Source: the human T2T-CHM13v2.0 reference genome, Homo sapiens
Strand: one strand, 5' to 3'
Assembly: GCF_009914755.1 (NCBI RefSeq)
Contig: NC_060933.1
DNA: 64,000 nt
Positions 16,581 through 35,896 of the stretch are shown one piece after another (position 1 is the first letter of the stretch; every line of letters begins with the position of its first letter). Made by a program: the position numbers and the translations under genes. The notes below the pieces were generated by a model. The model saw only the letters and a program-made list of their open reading frames with translations, did no database searches and was not told the DNA's origin.

Positions 16581-19500
16581 TAAGGCACTATGCTAATGTT
16601 TTTGCTAAAAGTCATTGTTACAAAAGCTGTGGTTACTAATGATGTTGCTTCCATGGAACACGTGCCTAAGGATGATATTTCAATTGGCATCGATAGTAAG
16701 GTCACTGTTGCTAAGGAAGTTATTTCTAAGTGCATTGTTCCTGGAGCCATTGTAGTTATGGGTGATGTTCATAAGAGAACTGTTGAAGGTCATTGTGGCT
16801 AAAGGCATTATTACTATTGCTAGTGTTTCTCATGATGCTGTTTCTACCAGCACTGATCCTAAATCTCGTGTTGCTAAGAGTATTGTTACTGAGGGTATTA
16901 TTGCTAAGTATATTGTTGCTTAGGGTACTATTGCTTAGAATGTTTTTGTATATTATTGTTAAGGACACTGTTTCTCAGATCATTGTTCCTAGGGTGTTAA
17001 TGTTGGCAAGGGACATTTTTGCTGAAGGCATTGTGACTAAAGGCATTGTTGTTACAGGTATTTTCTTCAAAGGGCATTGTTGGGAAGGGGACATTTCTAG
17101 AGTCACTCTTGCTAAAGACTGTTGCTAAGACCATTTTACTAAGGTCAATGCTAAGAGCATTATTACCAAGGCTTTATTTTTATGGCTCACCGTTGGTTGC
17201 TAAAGTCATTGCTTCTAAGGGCCAAGAGGGCTGTTGTCAAGAATGCTGGTCTTAGGGGATTTTTGCTAATAGTAATATTGTTAGGACATTGTTGCAAAGA
17301 GTGTGGTTGCTAAGGGCCATTGTTTATAAGGTAAACAATGGTAAACTCTTGGTAAGGCAAGTTTGGATAAGAGCACTGTTGCTAAGGGCACTGGTTATAG
17401 GGGTGATGCTCATGATTTTTTTACTAAGGACATTATTAAGAATGTCATTTCTAAGGTCGGTTGTTTACCCCTTTCTTGCTAATGGTACTGATGTTAAGAG
17501 TGTTGATTCTATGAGTATTACCATTCGGAGCATTGTCTCCAAGAGCCATTCTTGCTAAGTTCATTGATATTATGTATTTTGTAGCTAGGACATTGCTGTA
17601 AAGTGTGCTGTTGCCAACAACACTGTTGCTGATGTCATTATTGCTAAGGAGTTGATACTAAAAGCATTTTTACTAAGGTGCCATTGGTAAGAGTGCTGTT
17701 GTTAATGCCACTATAAAGGACATTTTTGTAAGGGCATTGTTGCTAATTGCTTTATTTCTAATTTTGTTATTGCTAAGGGCCATGGTTTTTGAAGGTATTA
17801 TTTCTAAGGGTGTTTTTGCTAAGATACACTAACAGGCCATGGTTTGACCATTTCCAAAGTACCATGGCAATTTATAGAGGTAAATGGACATACCATTGTT
17901 CCTAAGGGCATTGTTGCTATGGACATTGATTTTAAAGACATTGTTGCCAATGGCATTGTTGCAATTGGCATAATTCCCACTATTTCTACAGGCAATTATG
18001 CTAAGGTTGTTGTTGCTTAGAGATTTGTCAGTAAGGTGCACCATTGCTAATGATGTTGCTGCTAAGGACATTGTTGTTAGGGACCATTGTTGTTATGTTA
18101 TGAGTGTTGTCTCTAGGGTCATTTTTCCTAAGGGCCATTTTTGTTAAGGGTCTTGATGCTAAAGGCCATTTTTTTAAACGACATTTTGGTAAAGGTATTC
18201 ATGTCAAGCTATTTGTTGCTAAGGTCATTGTTGTTTGGGGTGGTTGTTAAGGTCTATGATTGCTAATGTAAGATATTGCTTCTAGGAGTGTTGATGTCAG
18301 TCAAAGGTGTTGCTAAGAACAACTGTGGCAAATAGTGTTATAGCTGAGGGCATTTTTCTAATGTTACTGTTGCTTAGATTATGTTGCCAAGAGTCTTTTG
18401 GCTAAAAGGGTTAATATTAACAATGTTGTCTTAAAGCATTATTCCTGATGGTGTCTATGCTAAGGGTATTGTTGCTATGGGATTTGTTGCTAAGGGCCAT
18501 TATTAATAAGAGTCATTGTTGTGATAGGCATATTTTTAAAAGTGTTGGTGCCAAGGGCAATTGTTCTTAAGGATGTTTTTGCCAAGGGCATTAGTGGTAA
18601 AAAATTGTTGCTAAGGTCATTTTTTTCTAAGTGGGTTGGTCCTAATGTATCCCACACCATGAAATCACTACCTCACTACTCTTCACCTCTCCCACTCCAT
18701 ACAACATATTTCCTTGTATCAGACACCTGCTGACATCACCAGTATAGGATCTTATTAGAACAAATGAGGCAAGTAGAGCAAAGTGGGCATCTCTCAGGGA
18801 ACAAGAGTGTCCAGTGCAAAGTATCAGCCCATTCCAACCTTAGGACAGGTGCCAGGCTGATTAGGGGCCTCAGGTTTGAGCTAGTGACCCTGACCCTTTA
18901 AGCTCTGAGAACTTAAAGCTGGCTGAGCTCCAACCCTGAATGTTTTGTCCTATGAGTCATTATCTGTGAGCTATTTTTAAAAATATTTTGGACTTCATCT
19001 ACGTTTTTCCCCTAATGTGTTTCAATTTTGTGGGGACTCTAGTGGAAACAGAGGAAGTCATTGATTGTTCTTAAATCTTAAATGCATCTTTCCAACCTGT
19101 CAATGCACATAACTTAATCAGGTCTATGTTCATGCATAAGATAGTTCCATACATGAAGCATCTCACAGTTCAATATGCTCTCTATATACAATATTTTTCC
19201 ACTTAAAATATCCACTAGGTTGAGTGAGGACATCGATAGCCAGATTTTCATATATATTTGAAAAAAAGAGAGGTAAGAAAACTCAAAAATATCTGTAAAA
19301 GAAACAAATACATTTGGAGCACGTGCCTTACTACCAATCAAGGTTTTAGAAAGCCAGACTCATCAAGACAGTGGTATAGGCACAGTGAGAGACAAAGTAG
19401 CTCACAGGAAAAGACCAGAGGCCCAGAATCATACTTAGCATTTATATCCACATGGTGTCTTACAGAGGGGACACACACATCAGTGAGGAGAGAAAATGTA

Positions 19501-20138
19501 ATTTAGGATTAGCATACTTGGTGATTAACTGGTTTTAAAAAAATGTGTAATTGTTAATTTAAAAATATAAATAACAAATTTTTCAATAGCAAACTCAAAT
19601 GCTATGAACTTAGGGGTAAATTTCACCAAAGATAAAAAGTATTTTTTAGTCCCCTCACTATTGTAAGAAATTTAACCTACCCTGAGAGATGAATACTATG
19701 GTTTCACCATTTTAAAGGTGAACTTATTCATAAGAGAAAAAAAATAAAAGCAAATAAATGGAGATTTATACTGCAAATATCAATAGGAAAAGTCAAAATC
19801 ATAAAAAATATCAATTCCACCCAAATTGTCAATGTTAATTCCAGCCAAAACCTCAACCAGATTTCCTAATGTCCTTCATAAGCTGACGCAAAATTAATAT
19901 GAAAAAATAAACCTCACACCAAAGAAAACCAAAGACACTCTCATGCAGTAATAACATAAGAGAAATTATCTACTGGACCTTACAATTTATGATGAAAATA
20001 AATTAATTAAGATAGCTTTGTATTGGAAAAAATAGAGACAAGCCAATGAAACTGAAGAAACAAAATGGAAACAGATACCTACGAGAAAGTGGAAACAGCA
20101 GGGCAATTTAGAAAGATGACTATTTTAAAAGCAGTCAA

Positions 20139-20545
<407 letters not shown>

Positions 20546-20685
20546 TTAAAAACTTAAATTTGAAACAAAATATGTGAGTCATTTAGTAAAAAGAATAAGA
20601 GAATTTTCTTATGAATACTGTCTGAAACAAAACCACAATAGGAAAAGATAATTTAACTCTTCCACATTGAAAAGAAAAAAATCTC

Positions 20686-20978
20686 TTTTTTTTTTTTTTG
20701 AATAGAGTCTCGCTCTGTCACCCAGGCTGGACTGCAGTGGCGCAATCTAGGTTCACTGCAAGCTCAGACCCCGGGTTCACGCCATTCTCCTGCCTCAGCC
20801 TCTTGAGTAGCTGGTACTACAGGTACCTGCCACCACGCCCGGCTAATTTTTTGTATTTTTAGTAGAGAGGGGGTTTCACCGTGTTAGCCAGGATGGTCTC
20901 GATCTCCTGACCTAGTGATCCGCCCGCCTTGGCCTTCCAAAATGCTGGGATTACAGGCGTGAGCCACCGCGCCCGGCC
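20686..20978 (-). mobile_element. AluY
   Basis: CACCGTGTTAGCCAGGATGGTCTCGATCTCC. Confidence 0.93.
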
Positions 20979-21242
20979 AGAAAGAAAAAACATCTTAAAG
21001 AAAACCTAACAAAGTGACAACCAATCTTCAGACTGGTAGAAAGTATTTGCAATGTACAGATGCCACAAAAAATACCCAGAAAATATAAGGAATTTCTAGT
21101 ATCAGGAGTATATTTTATTGATTGCCTTGAATGCTCAATAAGATCAAGAAACATGGAAATTTATAAAACTAAATGAAAATTCATTCTATATTCTTGAATA
21201 CTATAATTCACTGAATTATGTATATAGTAATATGTAAGATAA

Positions 21243-21574
<332 letters not shown>

Positions 21575-22342
21575 TCCATTTTCAAATTGATAGATATATT
21601 CAGTGCATTTCCCCTAAAAATTTTCACTGTGTTTTTTGAGTATTTAAACAACTGTTAATAATTCTTACCTTCGTACAAAAAAAGTCAAAGGCCGAAGAAT
21701 TGAAAACAAATCTGTAGAATAAAAATAATAATAATAAGATGTAAGGAACTGCCGTACCACCAATCAAAATTCATAATGTTAGCCTTCAAGACAGCATGGG
21801 GCAAATCTCCTGATAGATGAAATAGCCCAAAGGAAAAAAAATAGAAGTCCAGTAAATGACTCAGAATTGAGTCGATAGATATTTATGGCAGATGGAGCAC
21901 TGTACATCAGTGGGGAGACATAAATACATAGGACTGGGGCACTTGCTCATCCAAATTCTTCATGACTCCCTCTTCATTGAGCCCTGAGGGAAATGGAGAG
22001 AGAGAAAAGTAAGTCGGGGACAGGTGAGACCATTCACTCCCAGATGAACCTCTATTTCCACATCTTCAACTTAGCCTTGTTAAGTGATTTTGTAAACAAG
22101 CTGAGAATACCAGATGGCTATGGTTTGCTTTGTTTGTGTATCTCCCCAATGCCAATGTGACTGCTTCAATAGACTATGTCACAGATAATGTTGCTTGTAA
22201 TATTTGACATGATGTGAATTTTTATTCAAGTTAAGCAACAGCCATGAGAGACAATCACAGAGAGCCTATCCATGTGTTTCTGACAAAGGTTCCTTTTTTA
22301 TTGTTTTATGTTTATCAAGAGATTTCTTTTGACACATGTACT

Positions 22343-22433
22343 TTTTAAATTTTTTTATTTTGAAATAATTGTAGATTCACATGAAGTTGCAAAAAGAAAA
22401 AAAGGTACGCAAAGGTCCCTTATACATTTCACC
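22343..22433 (-). mobile_element. L1MC/MD-like 3' terminal fragment
   Basis: TTTTATTTTGAAATAATTGTAGATTCACATGAAGTTGCAAAAA. Confidence 0.65.
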
Positions 22434-22680
22434 AAGCATAGGATTATTGTTGAGAATATGATAAATCGCACATTCAGCCTACATAGATAAATGTTCTATG
22501 GTTCTACTAGATATATGGTTCTACATAGATAAACGTTCCCAGTTCTCTGGGGCTCTCTCTTACAGAGAGGCTAAGCATGCTTTCTAACACAATATGCTAG
22601 ACATAGCTGCAGTATTAGTCATTCAATTATTAAACTTAATAAAACTTCAAAAAATATTGTATGGCATATGTCTGTATGTC

Positions 22681-22722
22681 TGTGTGTGTATACACACAGA
22701 CACACACACACACACACACACA
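22681..22722. repeat. (TG)n/(CA)n microsatellite
   Basis: Seen directly. Confidence 0.85.
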
Positions 22723-23489
22723 AATGCAAAAGACTAATACTCTATTGTACCAAATTATGTTTAGAGAATTCAAGAGAAGCAACCCCTGTGTAGACAACAG
22801 ATGCCCAGATTGTTCGTATGTTTCAAGGATATGTGAAGGAGTTTGACGACTGCTTTCTCATTTGGAGAGAAACTAAGCTGATGCTTGCAGTGACTTATTC
22901 TACATTAGTTCGTAGATCTCGGTGATTCAATTGCCTCTTCTGACAATTTTCTTTCTCAGAGAACCCCAATAATCATTTCTCATGTGCTTAACCATCCCCA
23001 GGATCTTCCTATGTAAAAGCCATTCTCTATCAAATCTTTATACTTAAGGAAAGTTTGAGTACAGAGTACAGTCCAGTGGGGCCAGTGTTTTCCAGCCAGG
23101 TCCTGTGGCCAAAACTTTCTACAATGGCATCTTAAATGCAATTAGCAGAAGGCTGATACCTCCAGAAGTAACAACCAAGTTGCTCACTTAGAGTTTCAGG
23201 AAGTCAGAGTTCATTCGTGGGCAAAGGATGCAGGTTACAGAGATTGTTCTTATAGGTTAAGAAAAGGAAAGAAAACCCAGCAAAGTCAACCATCTTTCTG
23301 GAAATGTTGAAAAAATGTGAGAAAACTCACTAAGCGTGACATTACCTGTAGGTTTTTTGTAAATTACCTTAATCAGGTTGAAGAAGTTTCCTGCTAGTGC
23401 CAGTTTGCTGAGAGTTATTTTCTTCTGATTATACTGAGATAAGATCTTTTCTTTTTTAATTTCTCTATTTGGTGAACTACAGTGCTTGA

Positions 23490-26160
23490 TTTTTAAAATT
23501 TTTATTTTATTGTGGTAAGAATATAACATGAGATCTACTCTCTTATGAGATTTTTCAGTATACAATAAAATATTGTTAACTATAGGCACAGTATTATACA
23601 GCAGATCTCTAAAGCTAATTCATCTTGCATTAATGAAATTTTATACCCATTGATAAGCAACTCCTCACTTCCCTTTCACTCCCATCCTGGCAACCACCAT
23701 TCCACTCTTTGATTCTATGAATTGTACTGTTAATATTTTCACTATCTAAAATAAGCAAATTATACGGGATTTGTCTTTCTGTGATTGGCTTATTTCACTT
23801 GGAATAATATCCTCAAGGTTTATTCATGTTGTGCATATTGCAGAATTTCTTTTTTAATGCTGAATATTATTTCCATTGTATGTCTATACCACATTTGCTT
23901 TATGAATTTATCTGTTAATGGACATTAATGTTGTTTCTACATCTGAGCTATTACGAATAGTGTTGCAATGAACATAGGAATGGTAATATTACTTCAAGAT
24001 CCTGATTTCAATTCTTTTGGATAAATACTCAGAAGTGGGATTATTGGAGCAATATAATGGCTCTGTTTTTAACTTTTTGAAGACCGTTCGTACTTTTTTC
24101 CCATAGTAAATGCACCATCGTGTATTCCCACAAACAATGTACAAAGGTTCCATTTCTCCACATCCCTTCCAACACTTGTCTTTTTTTTTTTTTTAATAAT
24201 AATCATCCTGACAGGTGTGAGGAAATATTTCATTGTGGTTTTGATTTACATTTTTCTGATGATTAGTAACACTGAGCATCTTTTCATATACCTGTGGGTA
24301 TTTCTCTTCTTTGGAAAAATGTCTATTCAAGTCCTTTGCTCATTTAAAAAATCAGATTGTTAGTTTTATCTACTGAGTTGTTTGAGTTCCTAACGTATTT
24401 TGGAAATTAATCTTTTTCCCAGTGTTTTGTTATAGAAGCTTTACAGTCTCACCTTGCATTTAAGTTTTTAATCCATTTTGATTTAATTTTTGTTTATGGT
24501 ATAAGACAAGGATCCAGTTCTACTCTTGCATGGAGATATCCAGTTTTCCCAGCAGCATTTGTTGAAGAGACTGTCCTTTCCTGATTGTGCATTCTTGGCA
24601 CCCATGTCAAAGATCAATTGACTGTATATACACAGATCTATTTCTTGGCTCCCTATTCTAACCCATTGGTCTTAAATGTCTATCTTTATGCTGTTAACAT
24701 ATTATTTTAATTACTATAGCTTTGCAATATATTTTGAAATTAGGAAGTGATGCCTCTAGCCTTGCTCTTTCTTCTCAAGATTGTTTTGGCTATTCAGGGT
24801 ACTTTCCAATTATATATGAATCTTAGAATTGTTTTTTCTCTGTCTGTAAAAATGCTATTAGGATTTTTATGGATATTGAATTGAATTTGTAGATTGCTTT
24901 GAGTAGTGTAGATATTAAGACTTCCAATCTATGAACACAGTATGTCTTTCCATTTACTTGTGTCCTTTTAAATTTCTTAAATTAATGTTTTGCAGTTTGC
25001 AGTGTGTCTTTTACCTCCTTGGCTAAGTTTATTCCTAAGTATTTGATTATTTTTGATAATGTTGTAAATGGGATTGGTTTCCTAATTTTCTTTCAGAGAG
25101 TTTATTTTTGGTGTATAGAAATGCAATTGATTTTTACATATTGTTTTTTATCATACTACTTTGCTGAATTGACTTATTAATTCTAACAGTTTTTTGTGGA
25201 GTCTTTAGAGTTTTCTGTATATTAGATCATGTTTAAACAGGTACAATTTCACTTCTTCCTTCTGAACTTGATGTATTTTTTGTATTGATCTCGAATAATC
25301 ATTCTGGGCAGGACTTTCATTACTATGTTGAATAGAAGTGGTAAAAGTGAACATCCCTGTCTTTTTCCTGATATTAGAGGAAAAGCTTTTAGTTTTTTAC
25401 TCTGAGTGTGGTGTTAGCTGTGGGATTTTCATATCTGGCCTCAATATGTTGAGGTAACTTCCATCTCTTCCTAGTTTGTTGAGAGTTTCTAACATGAAAA
25501 AGTGTCGAATTTTATCAAATTATTATTTTTAAATCTATTGAGATGATTTTGTGATTTTTATCTTTTATTCTATTAACTGTATCACATTAATTGATTTTCA
25601 CATGTTGAACCATCCCTGCAACTCAGGGATAAATCCCACTTGGTGTATGATCCTATTAATTTGCTGTTAAATTTGGTTTGCAATTATTTTGTTGAGGATC
25701 CTTGCATCTATATTAATCAGGGACATAGACCTGTAGTTTTCTTTTTGTAGTGTCTTTGTCTGTCTTTAAATTCACATAATGCTGGCCTCGTGAAATGAGT
25801 TTGGAAATATTCCCTCCTTTTTGATTTTTTGGGAAGAGTTTTAAAATGATTGGTATTAATTCTTCTTTAAATATTTGGTAGACTTCAGCAGCAGAGTCAT
25901 CAGGTCGGAGGCTTTGCTTTGTTGGGAGTTTTTTTTATTACTGATTCGATCTCCTTATTTACTGTTTGCCTGTTTAAATTTCCTATTTCTTTCATGATGC
26001 ACTCTTGGTAGGTTGTATGTTTCTAGGAATTTATCCATTTATTCTAGGTTATCGAGTTTATTGGTGTATTTTTTCTCACAGCAGTTTCTTATGATCTTTG
26101 GATTTCTGTGACATCAGTTGCAATGTCTTTTTCATTTCTGTTTTTGTCTTCCTTCTTCTT
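23490..26160 (-). mobile_element. L1MA9/10-like, 5'-truncated
   Basis: TGTGGTAAGAA.ATAACATGAGATCTAC...TATTGTTAACTATAGGCAC 3' end, followed by antisense ORF2 (CAGCAGCATTTGTTGAAGAGACTGTCCTTTCC). Confidence 0.85.
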
Positions 26161-26164
26161 AGTA

Positions 26165-27053
26165 CACTGTTTGATTTTTAAATGTTCAAACAATTTCACA
26201 TTCTTAGGATAAGCCCCCTTGGTCCTTGTGTGTTATTCTGTTTACATAATGCTGTAATTTAATTGCTAAAATTGCATTTTTTCAACTAATGTCATGAGAG
26301 ATATTGTCTCTAGTTTACTTTTCTTGTAATGTCTTTGACATTTATATCAGGGTAATGCTAATTTCATAGAATGAGGTAGGAAATAATTACCTTCTCAAAA
26401 ATTTTCTATGAAGAGTTCATGTAAAATTAGTATTACTTCTTAAATATTTGATATAATTCACTAGTGAAACCACTTGGGCCTGGCATTTTCTTTATGTGAA
26501 GGTTTTGTAACTACAAATTGTATTTCTCTAACAGATGTAGGGCTATTCAGATTATGTATTTCTTCTTGAGTGAGATATGGTAGTTTGTGTATTTCAAGGA
26601 GTTCATCTATTTTATGACAATTGTGGAAATCATTGACATGAAGTTATATATAATATTTTATTATGATTCTTTTAACATCTGTAAAACCTAAAATCATGTC
26701 ACCTTTCTCATTCCTGCTACTGGCATTTTTTTCTTCTAATGCCTGATTAGTCTGGCTAGATTTATCAGCTTTCTGTTGATTTCTGTTAACATGGTATGTA
26801 TTTTTTAACCTCTTTGTTTCTTTATATATAAAGTGTATTTCTTGTAAGCAGCATAGAATTGGGTCTTCCTAAAAAAATTATATGACAATTCCTGACTTTT
26901 AATTGAGGTGTTTAAACCATTTACATTTAATATGATTATTTATATAGTTAGGTTTGAGTCGATAATTTTGATTTTTGTTCTTTTTTCTTCTTTTTTTCCA
27001 TTTGGATCAAACATTTTTATTACATTTCATCTTCCTTTCTGGTTCATTAACTA
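26165..27053 (-). mobile_element. Older L1M fragment (host of later insertions; continues 28805-29046 and 34891-36600)
   Basis: Degenerate antisense ORF2 (ATAATTCACTAGTGAAACCACTTGGGCCTGG; TTTAAACCATTTACATTTAA). Confidence 0.65.
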
Positions 27054-27368
27054 TGTAAATCAAAAGTAAAATTCTAAGCCCATCAACCAATTGAATGGAC
27101 CCCTCCTCTCAAACAAGGGCATTCCTAAGTTAACCTGGAAAATCAGTTCAGGCCATGATGGGTAGTAGAGGTCAGACACGCCACACTATACTCACCTTCC
27201 TTTGGAATTCAGGCACAGCTGACCAGCATTTAACATTAAAACAGAGACCTTACGACTGATGAAACAGACTCTTGGTAGCCATTAAGATATCAACATGACA
27301 GACAGCAAGCCCTAAAAGAAATAAAAATATTTTACCTCAAAAGATATTTCTTTTCTCTCCCTCTTCTT

Positions 27369-27682
27369 CTTTTTTTTTTTTTTTTTTTTTTTTTGAGATG
27401 GAGTCTCCCTCTGTTGCCCAGGCTGGAGTGCAGTGGCATGATCTTGGCTCAGTCACCACAACCTCCGTCTCCCAGGTTCAAGTGATTCTCCTGCCTCAGC
27501 CTCTTGAATAGCTGGGATTACAGGTGCCCGCCACCATTCCTGGCTTATTTTTTTGTATTTTTTGTAGAGACGTGGTTTTGCCATGTTGGCCAGGTTGGTC
27601 TCAAACTCCTGACCTCAAGTGATCTGCCTGCTTCAGCCTCCCAAAGTGCTAGGATTATAGGCATGAGCCAACGTGCCTGGCT
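27369..27682 (-). mobile_element. AluS (Sz-like)
   Basis: Poly-T and dimer; TSD ATATTTCT. Confidence 0.92.
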
Positions 27683-28054
27683 ATATTTCTTAAACATATT
27701 TTGAAATGGCCCTGCAAAGCTGTCTCTTGTGGGAAAATCTACCTTCTATAGAAAATCTCCTTTTATTTCCAGGTCTTCTTCCTGATCCGGGAGAGAATTA
27801 ACTGAGTTTGGTACCTTTTTAAGTCTGATAAAAAACATTTACAATCTATTCTTTCTGAAGCCTGCTACCTGGAGGCTTTATCTGCATAATAAAAACCTTG
27901 GTCTCCACAGCCCCTTATTTTAACCCTTCTATTAATTCCAGGTCTTTAGATAAAAGCTTTCAACCCATTGCCAATCAGGAAATCTTTTAATCCACTTATG
28001 ACTTGCAGTCCACAACCCCCCCACTGCCCCTTCCTCCCCCTTCACATTACTCCA

Positions 28055-28592
28055 TGTGATGGTTAATATTGAGTGTCAACTTGATTGGAATGAAGGGTGC
28101 AAAGTGTTGTTCCTGGGTGTATGTGTGAGGGTGTTGCCAAAGAAGACTGACATTTGAATCAGTGGACTAGAAGAGGCAGACCCACCCTCAATCTGGGTGG
28201 GCACCATCTAATCAGCTGCCAGCACAGCTAAAATAAAGCAGGCAGGAGAATGTGGAAGGACTAGACTGGCTGAGTGTTCTGGCCTTCATTTTCTCCCATG
28301 CTGTATGCTTCCTGGCTTTGAACATTGGACTCCAAGTTCTTTGGCTTTTGGACTTTTGGACTTACACCAGTGGTTTGGCAGGGGCTCTTGGGCCTTCAGC
28401 CACAGACTGAAGGCTGCACTGTCGGCTTCCCTATTTTTGAGATTTGGGAATTCAGACTGGCTTCCTTGCTCCTCAGCTTGCAGATGGCCTATTTTGGGAC
28501 TTCACCTTGTGACAGTGTATACTCCTTAATAAACTCCCTTTCACATATACATTTATCCTATTAGTCCTGTCCCTCTAGAGAACCCTAATACA
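28055..28592 (+). mobile_element. MLT2A (HERV-L) solo LTR
   Basis: TGTGATGGTTAATATTGAGTGTCAACTTGATTGG...CCCTCTAGAGAACCCTAATACA. Confidence 0.9.
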
Positions 28593-29073
28593 CCCCACCT
28601 TTCCAGACCTAACCAGTGTATGTCTTACATGTACTGATTCATGTCTTATACCTCCCTAAAACATGGAAATTCAAGCTGTAGCCAGACCACCTTGGGCAAA
28701 TGTTCTCAGGACCTCCTAAGGCTATGTCACGGGTATGTCCTTAACCTTGGCTAAATAAACTTCTGAATTGATTGAGACTTGTCTCTGGTATTTTTTGGCT
28801 TAAAATTATAATTCTTTATTTTGCTAATTTTGTGTTTGCTGTGGAGTAGTAGTATATATCTTAAACTTATCACAATCTAGCTTCAAGTGAATTATACCAT
28901 TTCACATATACTATTCAAACCTTACAACAGTATACTTGCATTTCTCCCCTCTCAGTCTTTATGCTTTGTTGTCATATACTTTATTTGTATATACATATGT
29001 TGCAATAACAACACATTGTTATCATTCTGTTTAATCAATTATCTTTAAAAGAAATTTACATGAGGGGAGGTTC

Positions 29074-29083
29074 CAAGATGGCC
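29074..29083 (+). promoter_or_regulatory. YY1 site of L1 internal promoter
   Basis: CAAGATGGCC at the canonical position in the L1 5' UTR. Confidence 0.75.
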
Positions 29084-29879
29084 AAATAGGAAGAGCTCCA
29101 GTCTACAGCTCCCAGCGTGAGTGACACAGAAGATGAGTGATTTCTGCATTTCCATCTGAGGTACCAGGTTCATCTCAATGGGGCTTGTTGGACAGTGGGT
29201 GCAGCCCATGGAGCATGAGCCAAAGCAGGGCGGGGCATTGCCTCACCTGGGAAGAAGAAGGGGCTGGGGAATTCCCTTTCCTAGTCAAGGGTAGCCCTGA
29301 CAGTACCTGGAAAATCAGGACACTCCAACCCTAATACTGTGCTTTTCCAATGGCCTTAGCAAATGGCACAGCAGGAGATTATATCCTGTGCCTGGCTTGG
29401 AGGGTCCTACGCCCATGGAGCCTTGCTCGCTGCTAGCACAGCAGTCTGAGATCAAACTGCAAGGTGGCAGCAAGGCTGGGGGAGGGGTGTCTGCCATTGC
29501 TGAGGCTTGAGTACGTAAACAAAGTGGCCAGGAAGCTCGAACTGGGTGGAGCCCACTGCAGATCAAGGAGGCCTGCCTGCCTCTGTAGACTGCACCTCTA
29601 GGGGCAGAGCATAGCTGAACAAAAGGCAGCAGAAACTTCTGCAGACTTAAATGTCCCCGTCTGACAGCTTTCAAGAGAGTAGTGGTTCTCCCAGTATGGA
29701 GCTGGAGATCTGAGAATGGACAGACTGCCTCCTCAAGTGGGTCCCTGACCCCCGAGTAGCCTAACTGGGAGACACCTCCCAGTAGGGGCCGACTGACACC
29801 TCATACAGCCTAGTACCCCTCTGAGATGAAGCTTCCAGAGGAAGGATCAGGCAGCAACATTTGCCATTCTGCAATCGAT

Positions 29880-30755
29880 CAGTAATAACAAACTTCTCCA
29901 AGCTAAAGGAGGATATTCAAACCCATATCAAAGAAGCTAAAAACCTTGAAAAAAGATGAGATGAATGGCTAACTTGAATAAACAGCATAGAGAAGACCTT
30001 CAATGACCAGATGGAGCTGAAAACCATGACATGAGAACTATGTGATGCATGCACAAGCTTCAGTAGCTGACTCAATCAAGTGAAAGAAAGGGTATCAGTG
30101 ATTGAAGATCAAATGAATGAAATGAAGTGAGAAGAGAAGTTTAGAGAAAAAAGTAAAAACAAATGAACAAAGCCTCCAAATAATATGGGACTATGTGAAA
30201 AGACCAAATCTACATCTGATTGGTGTACCTGAAAGTGACGGGGAGAATGGAACCAAGTTGGAAAACACTCTGCAGGATATTATCCAGGAGAACTTCCCCA
30301 ATCTAGCAAGGCAGGCCAATATGCAAATTCAGGAAATACAGAGAATGCCACAAAGATACTCCTCGAGAAGAGCAACTCCAAGACATGTAATTGTCAGATT
30401 CACCAAAGTTGAAATGAAGGAAAAAATGTGAAGGGCAGCCAGAGAGAAAGGTCGGGTTATGCAAAAAGGGAAGCCCATCAGACTAACAGCAGATCTCCCA
30501 GCAGAAACTCTACAAGGCAGAAGAGAATGGGGGCCAATATTCAACATTCTTAAAGAAAAGAATTTTCAACCCAGAATTTCATGTCCAGCCAAACTAAGCT
30601 TCATAACTGAAGGAGAAATAAAATCCTTTACAGACAAACAAATGCTGAGAGATTTTGACACCACCAGGTTTGCCTTACAAGAGCTCCTGAAGGAAGCACT
30701 AAACATGGAAAGGAACAACCAGTATCAGCCACTGCAAAAACATGCCAAATTGTAA
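29880..30755 (+). pseudogene. L1 ORF1p remnant (start deleted, multiple stops)
   Basis: KRPNLHLIGVPE..., GKPIRLTADL...ALNMERNNQYQPLQKHAKL*. Confidence 0.9.
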
Positions 30756-30818
30756 AGACCATCGAGGCTAGGAAGAAACTGCATCAACTAATGAGCAAAA
30801 TAACCAGCTAACATCATA

Positions 30819-34652
<3,834 letters not shown>

Positions 34653-35419
34653 ACAATGAGAACACTTGGACACAGGCCCCCATCACACACTGGGGCCTGT
34701 TGTGGGGTGGGGGGAGAGGGGAGGGAGAGCATTAGGAGATATACCTAATGTAAATGACAAGTTAATGGGTGCAGCACACCAACATGGCACATGTATACAT
34801 ATGTTAAGAAACCTGCATGTTGTGCACATGTACCCCAGAACTGAAACTATAATTTAAAAATAATAGTAATAATAAAAAAGAAATTTACATAATAAGAAAC
34901 AAATATTTGCTCATGTAGCTATAATTTCTGATGCTTTTCATTCCTTTGAATAGAGGTAGATTTCACTGGGTGTCATTTCCTTCCGCCTGAAGAATTTCCA
35001 TTAGCATTTCTTTGTGATATGGTTCTGCTAATGATTTCTTTTAGCTTTTGCATGTCTGAAAAGCTCTTTATTTTGCCTTCATTTGTGAAAATCTGATTTC
35101 CCTGAGTACAAATACTATAGAACTATTTCAGTACTTTTATTTTATTTCCGTATTTTAGAAAAGCTATACTTGTTTTCTTGATTGCATTTCTTTCAATGAG
35201 GAATATGCTTTCATTCTTTTCTCATTCTTTGTTAGTTTGTATCTCATGTGCTCCACATCTGGATGCATTTAACGCTGTCCATCAGTAGTCTTAAACAATC
35301 TGACTTTAATGTGCCTTGTAATTTTTTCATGTTTGAGTTTATTGAGATTTTTGGAATTGTGAATTTGTAGTTACCATGAAATTTGTAAATATTCAGCCAT
35401 TGTGTACTCAAATATTCGT

Positions 35420-35896
<477 letters not shown>

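Larger units (their letters stand above)
27054..28804 (+). mobile_element. MER4-family ERV1 LTR interrupted by an Alu and MLT2A
   Basis: TGTAAATCAAAAGTAAAATTCTAAGCCC...GACCACCTTGGGCA.ATGTTCTCAGGACCTCCT...AAATAAACTTCT..ATTGATTGAGAC. Confidence 0.8.

Noticed and set aside
22479-22538. Short local duplications CTACATAGATAAA(T/C)GTTC and TATGGTTCTA
   Set aside because: Ordinary slippage-type micro-duplication
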